From positions 2,036,118 through 2,056,117 of the forward strand of contig MU057711.1 in the NCBI GenBank assembly GCA_013265495.1: a stretch of DNA of 20,000 nucleotides. The letters are read 5' to 3'. Shown here piece by piece: positions 1 through 9,895 of this stretch (positions are counted from its first letter, which is position 1; every line of letters starts with the position of its first letter). The notes beneath the pieces are model-generated. The model had not been told where the DNA came from. It was given only the letters and a program-made list of their open reading frames with translations, and did no database searches. The stretch is from Vicugna vicugna. Lineage: Eukaryota. The translations under genes were made by a program, and so were the position numbers.

Positions 1-1004
1 GAGAGCTGGTAAGGCAGCTTCCCTGAGACAAGCTCTTTTTGATCTGCTAGTTCCCTGGATTCATTACCTGGTCCTCCCATACTCTAAGTGCATTAGCTCT
101 TGTTAATATTTATCGGCAAAGCACACACAACAGCCACTAAACCAGTTTAGGGTCCCTGGGTGGCCTCAGGCAATCCCTCTCTCTGCCTCAGTCTCCCCAT
201 TTGTGAAATCTCTCTGGTTCTCTGACTGGGTTTACTCCCAACACGTGGCACCACCGGCACCAGGCCAGCTGTGAAAGTCCGAGGGAGCAGAGGAGATTCA
301 AGTGAAAAACCACCAAGGAGAGGTAGTAGGGCTTAGGCTGGGAGCAGAGGGAGACTGGGCTTGGACCCCAGTGGCCCCAGCCCGGTGCTGTATTTCCCAG
401 GGCCTGCTGCTGCCTGCTCTGAGTGTCCCTGGCCCCATCCTGGTCATGCACATTGGGACATGCCAGGACCTGGCTTCCCAGGGGCCAGAGGGAGCTCCCG
501 CAGGGGACTTCAAAAGCCCAAATGCCTTTCAGAAAGGAACTAAAACTTTCTGCTTAACCGAAGCCTCCACAGGAGAAGAACAGCCTAGCCCTTTTCTTTT
601 TAAGTCTCTTTATTTTCCAGCCGGCTGGCCTGGTCATTCTCTTTTTTTCCTATTATAAACGGTCCCAGCTGCAACACACAGGGAAAAAAAACCATCTCCC
701 AGGCCTGGGCAGGGGCCGGTTGCAGCCGCAGCCGCCTGGCTGGCCTCCTGCGGCAGACAAAGGCGGCTCCAGCCTCCGTCACCCACTGGGAGAGGCCCTG
801 GAGCCCCCATCCAGAGCCAAGGGCCCAGCAGGAACAAGGGGAGGATTCGGGAAGTTTCTGCCAGCACTCCAAACTTTCTCCTGTCCCTGGGATCCGAGCT
901 CCCATCCAGCCAAACCAAGGACTTCTGGAGGGACAGCCTGTTTGTGTAGGACAGAAAATGAAAGATCGGGCCCCCTTCTAATGGCCAAAAGGTTCAGGGT
1001 TTTT

Positions 1005-1155
1005 GACCTGGAAGGGCCATAGGAGATGATCTAGTCCAACCACTTGGCTGGAAAGATGGGAAAACTGATGTCTAGCAGGGGTCAGACTTGCCCAAGGTCA
1101 CATTGCCAACTAATGGCTGAGCTGACTCTTGAAGTCAAGGCTCCCAATTCCAATA
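1005..1155 (-). mobile_element. MIR/MIR3-type SINE fragment
   Basis: tggaagggccataggagatgatctagtccaacc...gatgggaaaactga...gacttgcccaaggtcaca resembles the reverse complement of the MIR core with a MIR3-like tail. Confidence 0.8.
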
Positions 1156-1279
1156 CCAGGTAACAAAGAAATGTTGGGGGGAGAGGAGTCAAGCAAGGGG
1201 CCTTAATATCCTGAGGTGGCCAGATGGGGTGGGGACGTCATTTCTTTTAGTAATAAGTAAGACCGACCCAGGACAACCT

Positions 1280-1460
1280 GGAAGCAGGCAGCCTGCTTTA
1301 GACTCTCCACTCCTCGCCTCCCACCAAGTTATTTCATTTCTCTGGGCCTCTGTTTCCTCATCTGTGAAAATGGAGTTATGCTGGTACCTGCCTTGTGGGA
1401 CTGTTGTGAGGATTAAACAAGCCAATACATAAAGCACTAGGCTAGTACTCAAAAAAGTGA
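1280..1460 (+). mobile_element. MIR SINE
   Basis: caagttatttcatttctctgggcctctgtttcctcatctgtgaaaatgg...gttgtgaggattaaa is the MIR core plus 3' part. Confidence 0.85.
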
Positions 1461-1464
1461 CCTC

Positions 1465-1620
1465 TTTATTGAAGGATAGTCAATTTACAATATTGCGTTA
1501 ATTTCTGGTATATAGCATAGTAATTCATTTATACATATATGTATTTATATATATTCCTTTTCATATTCTTTTTCATTATAGGCCATTACAAAGTATTGAA
1601 TATAGTTCCCTGTGCTACTT
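1465..1620 (-). mobile_element. LINE-1 3' terminal fragment (cetartiodactyl/camelid-type)
   Basis: tttattgaaggatagtcaatttacaatattgcgttaatttctggtat...attgaatatagttccctgtgcta is the reverse complement of the L1 3' end seen at about 15380-15540 and 19780-19940. Confidence 0.85.
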
Positions 1621-2456
1621 CACATACTTCAATTTTTAAAAAAGAATACAAAGAATACATCTTTCTGACAAAAAAAAAACAGTAACCTCTGACTATCTGT
1701 AAATGTAAGGATACGTTTTCTTCACCCAAGAAAAATTTATTGGCAATCTTGGGTCTACTCTGTGACAGGCTCTGGGCCAGATGGGATGGAGCTGCCCAAG
1801 GCAGAGGGTCTCTAGCCTGCTTGGAACTTCCAGTCAAGGGCGGGTGGGTTGGGTGGGTAAGAGGACTGATGACTGTGGGCTGCCTGAAACAGCCCGCCCC
1901 AGTTCCTCAGTTCTCTTGGTGGGAGCACAGCAGGAGTCACAGACTGTTGTCTCCAGAGCAAACTGATCAGGCAGATGAGGCCGGGAAACTGGAGGACCCA
2001 AGAGGGCTCCAAAAAAAAAAAGAACACTCCTACAAAGAGGTGAGAAACTACCGTGCAGTTCTGTGTGCCCTTGTTTTTCAAATGTTGACAAGTCTAAGTA
2101 TTAAACTTAAACACATTAATTAAAAATTATGTTTTTAAGTGGGATTGGGGGAGACATGAACAGTTTGCGGCCTCTTCCTCCCGGAAGGTCTGATTCATCC
2201 TTAGAAGAACCTGGGGCCCCCGCTGCCTGCATAAAGTACCAGGAGACAGAGATGCTGCGCAAGTAAGGTAGGGTCCTCACCCCGAACCCCTAGCGTGCTC
2301 CATCCACCGCATCCCAGGATGGCGGCGTGGGTTGGGGGCGGGCGTGGCCTGTGAGCCCTCAGCACTCATCTGCCTCTGCCGAGTGCCCCTCGCCACACCA
2401 ACCCACCTTCAAAAATCCAACAGACCAGCAAACAAACTCCTCCTCTGTCCTCTGAA

Positions 2457-2489
2457 CCCCAGGGACTCCCCAGGAACTCCCCAGGAACT
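2457..2489. repeat. 3 x 11-bp tandem repeat (CCCCAGGRACT)
   Basis: ccccagggact ccccaggaact ccccaggaact read directly. Confidence 0.85.
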
Positions 2490-2669
2490 TGGCCTCAGGC
2501 CTAAGGAATAAGGGGCGGGAGAGGCACAAAATCATGCTCCCCTCGGCCTAGGGGAGGAACAAGCTCCCCTTTTTCCAGACCTTTCTCCTTGGTGCACAAC
2601 CCCCCAAGGCCCAGCCTGATATCCTGCAGAGAGCTCCCCCTACACTGCCTAAATTGATGCCCACACGCC

Positions 2670-2745
2670 GTGATTATCTCCACTTTACAGACAGAACAGA
2701 GGCTCAGAGAGACCGTGTGGCTCACTGGACTAAGGTCACACAGCC
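2670..2745 (-). mobile_element. MIR core fragment
   Basis: attatctccactttacagacagaacagaggctcagagag...aaggtcacacagc. Confidence 0.7.
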
Positions 2746-3459
2746 CTTAAGGGATGAAACGCTGCTTGAAATCAAAGCGGACCTCCCTCCAAAGCTGGAG
2801 CTTTGCCCTGTGCGGTAGGTTAATTTCAGTTTCTACACCTTGCCTGAAGCATAGTGTTGAGGTATTGATTTCAGATGGATAGATGTTTAGAAAGACAAAG
2901 ATAGACAGATAATGGCGACCAAGATGGTATCTGGGAACCACAGGCGATTGTATCAGGTGTCAAGTTTTTGGAGAGGGACATCTTTCCCCCAAATGTCCAT
3001 CAATTCTCAAATTCATTTTAATTTTTAACTAGGGAAGATTTCAAACAGGCAGAAAATAACATAGCAGGTACCTGTATGTCCCCAATAGTTGTTAAAATTT
3101 TACCACATTGAGGGTAAAGTCTCTGTTAAAACCTCTGAACTTCCCATTCCCCTAGACAATTAATTGCCCAGTTTGCACCTGGGGATAATGTTGCTATTAC
3201 ATGATCTTTCCTGATTTTTCAAACACTGAAAAAGAAGCACTATAATTGAAACTACAGAAATCCAGAAGGAAAATTACCCACAGACCCACCCAAGATTAAA
3301 TCCATGTTTTCCTTTGTCCGCCTCACTAGTTTCTCATTGTCCATGGAGAAATCTGCTTTCACAGATTTAACATAACATTAGGTTACATATTTTCTATCAA
3401 CACTATGCAGTTTATACTTTCTTTGTTTTCCTGGAAACCAAGTTATCTTCTCCCTTATC

Positions 3460-4180
3460 CACCTCTTTCCCAGTCCCCACTTGCAAAGCAGTCTGGCGTG
3501 TAGACTTCCAGAAGGATTCTCTATGCTCACTGTCATGTACAAACAAAAAGTACATATACAGGAAGGGGCAGGGCTGGTATTAGTGTTAAAAGATGCATCG
3601 TATTATAGACAGCAGACATTTGTGCATCTCTGGTCCTCCTCACTTGATCATGTATCATGGAAGCACTCCAGGGTACTTTGAGTAAAGCCAACTCATTCTA
3701 TTTCATGGTCACATAATATCATATATATAGACATATCGCAATTTTAACCTTTCATCTTGGAAGTAAACGTTACCAAGTTTTTATCACTTCAAAAAACACT
3801 TCAATAAATATCCTCGTATGTTTATCTTTAAGTCTCAGAATGGAATCTCAGGAGTGTGGCTGCTGGACAGAGGCTATTTTTGTTTTGTTTTGTTTACATT
3901 TTAATACATATTGCCAATTTTCTTTTTCTTCAAAATCTTGCAACAATTCATATTTCTACCACCTATGTAAGATTCTGCCTCCCACCAACCCCTTATCAAC
4001 CATTACTTAAGTGACATCACCCATTTTTATTTTTGCTCATCTGATGGGCATACAAAGGCATTTCATGGGGTTCTAGTTTGCATTTTTCTAGTTCAGGAGT
4101 CAGAGTTTTTTTGCATGTGTTTTTGGCCATCTTGGTTTCCTCATCTGTGAAATGTCTTGTTGTATCCTTACCCCTTTTGT
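3460..4180 (-). mobile_element. Ancient L1 (L1M/L1ME-type) fragment
   Basis: tttgctcatctgatgggcata...tttgcatttttcta...gcatgtgtttttggccatcttggtttcctcatctgtgaaatgtcttgttgtatcctt resembles the antisense old L1 ORF2 end/3'UTR. AT-rich; left boundary uncertain and may extend to about 3010. Confidence 0.7.
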
Positions 4181-4229
4181 GGGGCCCTGGGATTCACCTA
4201 CTTCTCTCAGTGCATCATAATTATTTATG

Positions 4230-4338
4230 TTCCTAGAATTCTGTGAGCACCACCTAGGAAGGCCTGTATCTTATTCCTGGCAACATCACCAACGCCTAGC
4301 ACACAGTAGGACGTCAGGAAACACTGAATGATGGAAGG
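4230..4338 (+). mobile_element. L2 3' end
   Basis: ctgtgagcacc...cctgtatcttattc...cgcctagcacacagtaggacgtcagg...tgaatgatgg. Confidence 0.7.
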
Positions 4339-5019
4339 AGCCTCTGCCAGCCCTGGGAGACGCCATATGGAGCCCTTGGGCCGGGTCATCTGGGCAGGCA
4401 GGTGTGCCCTCCCAACAGGAGGACCTGTGCATGTTATCACGCTGGGTTATTTGTTTATTTCTCCCAGCTGACTGTCACAGGAACTTTTCACCTGGACTTT
4501 TGGAGAGCCTCTTGGCAAGGCCAAGTGGAATCTCATACTAAGTGCTCCCAAAGAGCTGGGCCTCGGTTGCCTCCTCTCTCCTCTTTCCTCCCAGGGGACA
4601 AAGGTCCATCCTCACAACTCCTTTGCCACGAGGCCCAGGAAGGTCAAGTTCTCCTCTCCGGGAAGCCATTCTCACACTCCTGCCTAAGTGGGCCACAGTA
4701 GGAGGGAAGGGGACCCTCCCAGCGATGACCCCAAATTGCCTCTCCCTGGGGGCTTGCTCATGTGGTTTGGCTGGATAGAAAAGAGCACACACAAACCATC
4801 TGTGTGAGTGCCTTTCCTAAAGTAAGGCTAACGTGGGCAGCAGTTTTTTCCCAGCAGCCAGTCGGATTCCTTGGTTCCCCCTTGAGAAGGTGTGTGTACT
4901 GTGGGGGAGGAACAACTGCCCCTTCTGATCTCCAAGGGAACATCTGCTTAAATTATGATGGACCCCTGTGCCAAGTTTAGGAGCATTGTAGTCCCCGCCA
5001 CCCACGATTGCCTGGGCCA

Positions 5020-5102
5020 AACTCAATCATGCAACTTATTAGGCATCTATTATGTTCTGGGCACTGGGCACACTAATGATCAAACAGGCAAAAATCCCTG
5101 CA
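5020..5102 (-). mobile_element. L2 3' end fragment
   Basis: caacttattaggcatctattatgttctgggcactggg...aaacaggcaaaaatccctgc. Confidence 0.65.
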
Positions 5103-5109
5103 CCTGTCA

Positions 5110-5361
5110 TTGTCACAACTCACAACTACTGAACTACTTTGTAGTGTGAAAGCAGCCATAGATAATATGAAAATGAATGAGTGTGGCTGTGTTCCAATAA
5201 AACTTTAGTTATGGACACTGAAATTTAAATGCTATAGAATTTGCATGCCTCCTGAAATATTAGTCTTCTTTTGTGTTCCCCTCTCCTCATACATTTAAAA
5301 ATGTACACACACCATTCTTAGCTCGAGGGAGGGCCATGTAAAACCAGTGGTGCCAACCCTG
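5110..5361 (+). mobile_element. MER58B-like hAT-Charlie non-autonomous DNA transposon, 5'-truncated
   Basis: gtagtgtgaaagcagccatagataatatg...gtggctgtgttccaataaaacttt...atggacactgaaattt...accattcttagctcg...tgccaaccctg (right terminal inverted repeat-like end). Confidence 0.85.
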
Positions 5362-5389
5362 ATCTAAATAATAAAAACTGAGACTCACA

Positions 5390-5575
5390 CAGCACATACA
5401 TGTGCCAGGACTGTTCTAGTGCTTATGTAAATTAACTCATTTCATCCTCATAATAACCCTGGAAGGTGTGTCACCACTATTGGCTGCACTTTACAGGGAA
5501 GGAAAGAGGCACACAGAAACGGGTAAGTTGGACAGTTGTGGGGTCAGGATTTGAATCTAGAATCCAGAGTATATG
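5390..5575 (-). mobile_element. MIR SINE
   Basis: atgtgccaggactgttctagtgctta...attaactcatttcatcctcataataaccct...ctttacagggaaggaaagaggcacacagaa...ggatttgaatctag. Confidence 0.85.
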
Positions 5576-6254
5576 TCCTTCTGCACTATTCTATCTCTCC
5601 TCCTGCACCCACCCCAACAAACTAATCTACAGTTGTCTTTGTACCTACTGACTGTACAAAGAAAGGTGTAGCCACTAAATGTACAATAAAGGAATTAAAC
5701 TCCAAACTGTATGAGACAGGTGTTAGCATCTCCACTTGGAGGGGGTGTGCTCACCCTGAAGGCCCTTACTTTGTTCCCCTGGCCCTCAATTTCTTGGCCT
5801 TGCTCACCTTCTCCAAACACCCTCCAACCCCAGGGCACTGCTCCTCAGCCATCCCCACGTGCTGGCCACATTTCAACTTGAATTCTACAGCCGGAGTGAT
5901 GCTGGCATCATTTTAGCACTCGCAGACACTTGAGGGGGTAAAATTCAGAGTTAAACAGCCCCAGGAGAGAGACAGGCTAGGGAGCTTGGGGTCCCCAGAA
6001 AGCTTTTTTGGTGGAGGGGTATGGAGGGTTAGGGGCATGGGGTGGACCTCAAAATAACTTTTTCCTCAATGCAAGGAAACCTCAGTCTACCACTCCACGA
6101 AGAAAGCCTTTGCCACCAGGTCTTTGAGGGGAGGGGGAAGCAGGTGAGTATTCCTTGAGTCCCAGAGCATAGGGGAAATGCTTCTGGCATTAAACAAAAG
6201 CCTTTTTATATTTAAACTGCCAGCCCAGGATTTTCAGAAAAGTTTCCCCAAGTG

Positions 6255-6945
6255 TCACTGCGCGTGTGTGCACAAAAAATTATACACCGGTGTATAAACA
6301 CAGTCGGATGCAGAAGCACACACGCGTGCACGTGAAAACACCGCAGCTAAGTCTAGACACGGCCACAGCCGCCGCAAGCCACTTGCCCTTGGGCGCACCC
6401 CGCACCCGGGCCGCACGCTCCGCGGGCTTCCGCGCCCCGGGATGCAGGGCGGGCGGGGGAGTAGGTTCCACCAGGAATTCCAGAGCCACGGGGGGTGGGA
6501 GGAGGAGGAAGCCGCCGCAGCTGGGGGCCGGGGGAAAGAGGGCAGAGGGAGGAGGCGAGGAGGGGCGCCCCGGAGCCGGGAGAGCCGGGCGCGAGGCCAG
6601 GGGGCCGGCGTGGGTAGAGGTCGCTGGAGAGGGGCGGGAGATCGAGGCCCCGGCCCGCCGCTGCGGGGCCAACCAGCAGGCGGGGTGGGGTAGGACCCAG
6701 ACCAGGGTCGTCTGGACCCGGAGCCCGGAGACCTGATCTTGTGTCTCACGGCAGGCGGCTGGGGATGCGGGGAGCTGGGACCAACCGTCAGGTCCTGTCG
6801 GAGGGTCAGTGCGCTAGGCGGGCGCCCCCGCCCCGCCGGCCCTGGGCGGTGACTCCGCAGGCACTTGGGTTCCTTTCTCGGAGAAGCCAACCAATCCGAC
6901 CAGTCGAGGGCACTGAGGCTCACTGAGGCAACAAAGACTCGCAAA
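6255..6945. promoter_or_regulatory. CpG island, probable promoter/first exon of an unidentified gene
   Basis: Visibly GC-rich and CpG-dense against CpG-depleted flanks, with no recognisable repeats. GC boxes GGGGCGGGA (6631-6639) and CCCGCCCCGCC (about 6827-6837), CCAAT (6891-6895), E-box CACGTG (6329-6334). Confidence 0.85.
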
Positions 6946-7214
6946 CCCAGGGCCTTGGGCTCTTACTAGCCAGCAGACTTGTATACTTTTTTTTTTTTTA
7001 ATATGAGTCCCTTCAACTGGAGTCTGGTCCCTTTAATTTAGGAGAGCACAAAAGTCCAAAAGTCGAGGCCTAGTTGAGAAAGAGCTCAGAAGAGTCTGAT
7101 TAGGGTTTGCTCAAGGAGAGAATCTTTGTCAAGTACCGGCACACCCTGACTATAAACCTTCTCTGTATTGCTTGCCTCTGTGTCCAGCCCCTGAAGGCAT
7201 CTCCCACCCTAATC

Positions 7215-7365
7215 TTGGGAGTCAGATGTGATTAGGTCTTGGATTCCAAAACTAGCTCTGCTCCTCCTAGCCTGTGCCTCTCCGAGGGAGTCACACTATC
7301 TCACTTCCAGTTTTCTCATCAAATGGGCAGATTATAACCTCTCTCTAAGGCTGCCTGAGGATTCT
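7215..7365 (+). mobile_element. MIR SINE (degraded)
   Basis: ggagtcagat...ctagctctgctcctcctagcctgtg...cagttttctcatcaaatggg...ggctgcctgaggatt. Confidence 0.65.
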
Positions 7366-7694
7366 CTAGGGCAATGTCAGCCCTCCATGCACATGGAAGC
7401 TTTGAGTTGAGTCTGTCCCTGCCCCAACCCCAAATAAGCTCGGAGTGAATCTTTGGCATTCACGATGAAAAGAGAGCCTTGGTCAAGACAGTGTTCAGGA
7501 AAGTCGGTGATGCTAAGCTCAGGGAAACTCTTCCCAAACTCCACAGCTGGGAGAGGTGGAGCTGGGTCCCTTGTCCCACGACCTCCAACCCTGGGCAACT
7601 TTCCACTGTCTCAGGTCTGAAAGCAAATGGACTTGTTTTCCAAGGCCAGGTTCAAGCTACTCAGTCAAAAGCAACTACCAATGGCTTTTTCACC

Positions 7695-7860
7695 CTTCAT
7701 TCACTGAACACCATTTATATGCCAAGACCTTTACATGAATGAATTGTTCCTGCACTGTCCATAAGCCCCATTGGTCAGATCTCAAAGAAGAGGCTCAGTG
7801 ATGCGATATAACTTACCCAGGTAACCCAGCCCGTCCATGACACAGGGTTCAGCCCTGCAC
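7695..7860 (-). mobile_element. MIR SINE (degraded)
   Basis: cactgaacaccatttatatgccaag...gaggctcagtgatgcgatataacttacccaggtaacccagc. Confidence 0.6.
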
Positions 7861-7989
7861 CTGGTGCCTTGTGTTCACCAGGATGCTCCACTGTAGACCT
7901 TAAATCAGGTGATTTTAGTGTGTAACCCAGATGAGAGCCACAGCACTAAAGGTCAGAGATTTTCCAGTCCAAAGTGAGCAAGCAAGAGT

Positions 7990-8220
7990 TCCTGGTATGT
8001 TTTCTTTGGCCCCCACAGTATTTTATAATATTTTGAATTCATTGCCATCAGGTAAAAATAAGGCAATTTTGCACCAAAATCTGGATTTTTGACTTCTTTG
8101 ACAGTTGGAGAATCAGACCACATAGAATGCATTTACACAAGGCAGCCCACCTGCAGTTGGCTGGAGCAGAGGGACAGCCTGAAGCTGCTTTAAGCCTGGC
8201 ACCAGCCACCAGTTCACCAA
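7990..8220. mobile_element. hAT-type MER DNA transposon relic (subfamily uncertain)
   Basis: tgttttctttggcccccacagtattttataatattttgaattcattgcca...aaaatctggatttttgacttct resembles a eutherian hAT-Charlie MER consensus recalled from memory. Confidence 0.5.
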
Positions 8221-8264
8221 GGCCCCATCCACTCTACCACACTGGCTGTGTATCCTTTCTGACT

Positions 8265-8385
8265 TCACTCATTGCACGGATGGGGAAACTGATGTTAGAG
8301 GGGCAGAGGATTGTCCAGATACCCACAGACCAGGTTCACGGGACAGAACTGGGACGGGGAAGGAACCAGGTCTCCCAGCTGTCAG
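8265..8385 (-). mobile_element. MIR core fragment
   Basis: ctcattgcacggatggggaaactgatgttagaggggcagaggattgtccaga...gaaccaggtctcccagct. Confidence 0.6.
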
Positions 8386-8979
8386 TCCTGTGCTCATCCC
8401 TGACCCTACACAATTGTCCTGGAATCATTTTAAGAGGAGGCTGCCCTGTGTGTGGAAGACACCTCTCTACCCCTTGGAAGCATCTGTACGTCGGCCTCTC
8501 AGCCCCCACTACCAAGTGCTTGTTTCCCAACTCACAATCCTGCAGGAGGACAGTGTAACTCAGAGGCTCCAGCAAATGAGTCCACACCCAAACAGATAAT
8601 TTAAATATCCTGATAATTACAGGTAGGTACATTATGAGTGGGATTCAGCTACCTGTTGGGAACTGTTAGGGGTCTGAGTGGAAATCCATAAGTGGAAGGA
8701 AATATTCTGGGGTGGGAGCCGGGGCAGACCCTGGGGAAACAGAGGCCCAAGTGAAGACAGACAGTCTGATGCATGTTCTCGGCCCCTTAGAATGAAGGAG
8801 TAGGCAGAGGTCTCCTCTCCCATCCTGCAGAAGGGCCGACTGAAGCTGGAATAGATTTAGAAAGCCAAAGGTGAGAGCTGCGAGGAACCTTGGGGCCTGA
8901 ACTTGTCCAGGGTGGCAGATGGGTTTCATCTGGGATTGACTGGTACTGCTGCCCAGGGCATGTGCAGTGGGCTCAGCAG

Positions 8980-9240
8980 GAAAGAGGGCTATGGGCTGGG
9001 TATGGGGTAAAGGGCAGGGAGATGGAAGCATTTTAAGCGAAAAGGATGTGCCAAGGGCGGCAGGGCCCATAGAGAGTGACACTTTGAGGAGAAGTCAGCA
9101 TGGCATGGGGAGATAGGCTGGTGGGGGCTGGATTACACAGGCCTTGGGGCCAGTTAAGAAGCTTCTACTCAGCAAACCACTTTAAAAGATTTCAGAGGGG
9201 AGGGAGCAACTGAGGCCAGAGAGCTCATTTAGGCTGCAAG
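8980..9240 (-). mobile_element. L2 internal fragment
   Basis: Purine-rich ggagataggctggtgggggctggattacacaggccttggggccagttaagaagctt...accactttaaaagatttcag, typical of antisense L2. Confidence 0.5.
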
Positions 9241-9745
9241 AAGGGACAAGAGCAGTGGAGAGGCTGTCCCTCTCCAAAGACAATGGTGCTAAGACAAGGG
9301 CAGGTTAAACAGGAAGACCCAGAGAACCCCCTCAGCCCCGCACAGGCCAGATTAAAGAGATCTGGCTGGTCAGCTGGGAGTGATGTCTTCTGTCTTTGCA
9401 GGTCAGCTGCAGGGAGCTGCGTCACCCTTTCTTGATCCCCAGCTCTCTTTCAAGGAAACATAAAGACACAGAGCTCAGGACACGCAAAGGCAATGTGGGT
9501 GGGGAGGCAAGAGCCCCCAAGGAGTGCGTCCAGGCCTGTTTCAGTCTGTAGTCTAGGGAAACATGTCCCCACGCTGCAGGCCTTAGTGGGTGGCGGGCTG
9601 GCAGTGGGGCCTCCAAGCAGGCCAGATTTGCTGGATCACTACAATGAACCACTGAATTCACAGAAGAGCTTACAGTCAGAGGATGCAGGAAGTGTGGTCT
9701 GGACCACTCCTGACTAGCTGAAGAGATAAATCAAGGTCACCTCTT

Positions 9746-9895
9746 TTTTTTTTTTTTAACTTTCTTCCCCCCTACTCTTTTTTGGAAGGGGGAGGTAATT
9801 AGGTTTATGGATTTTTTCATGGAGGTACTCGAGACTGAACCCAGGACTTCGTGTATGCTAAGCAAGCACTCTACTACTGAGCTGTACCCTCCCCC
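9746..9895 (-). mobile_element. Young tRNA-derived SINE (camelid Vic-1-like), full length with 14-bp TSD
   Basis: Minus strand reads GGGGGAGGGTACAGCTCAGTAGTAGAGTGCTTGCTTAGCATACACGAAGTCCTGGGTTCAGTCTCGAGTACCTCC...AAACCTAATTACCTCCCCC...A-tail, with Pol III A/B-box-like motifs. Perfect direct repeat caaggtcacctctt at 9732-9745 and 9896-9909. Confidence 0.93.

Noticed and set aside
2457..2489. CRISPR-like direct repeats
   Set aside because: Only three contiguous 11-bp units with no spacers
6255..6944. 229-aa, 156-aa and 130-aa ORFs over the CpG island
   Set aside because: Pro/Arg/Gly/Ala-rich overlapping frames on both strands, expected from stop-codon scarcity in GC-rich DNA; non-ATG starts; no recognisable domain
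6987..6999. Poly-T run as a terminator or retroposon tail
   Set aside because: Isolated 13-nt homopolymer with no attached element or TSD
8640..8780. Possible LTR fragment
   Set aside because: No diagnostic consensus match recognised; needs a Dfam search
9822..9895. tRNA gene on the minus strand
   Set aside because: The tRNA-like sequence is the head of a SINE, with body, A-tail and TSD
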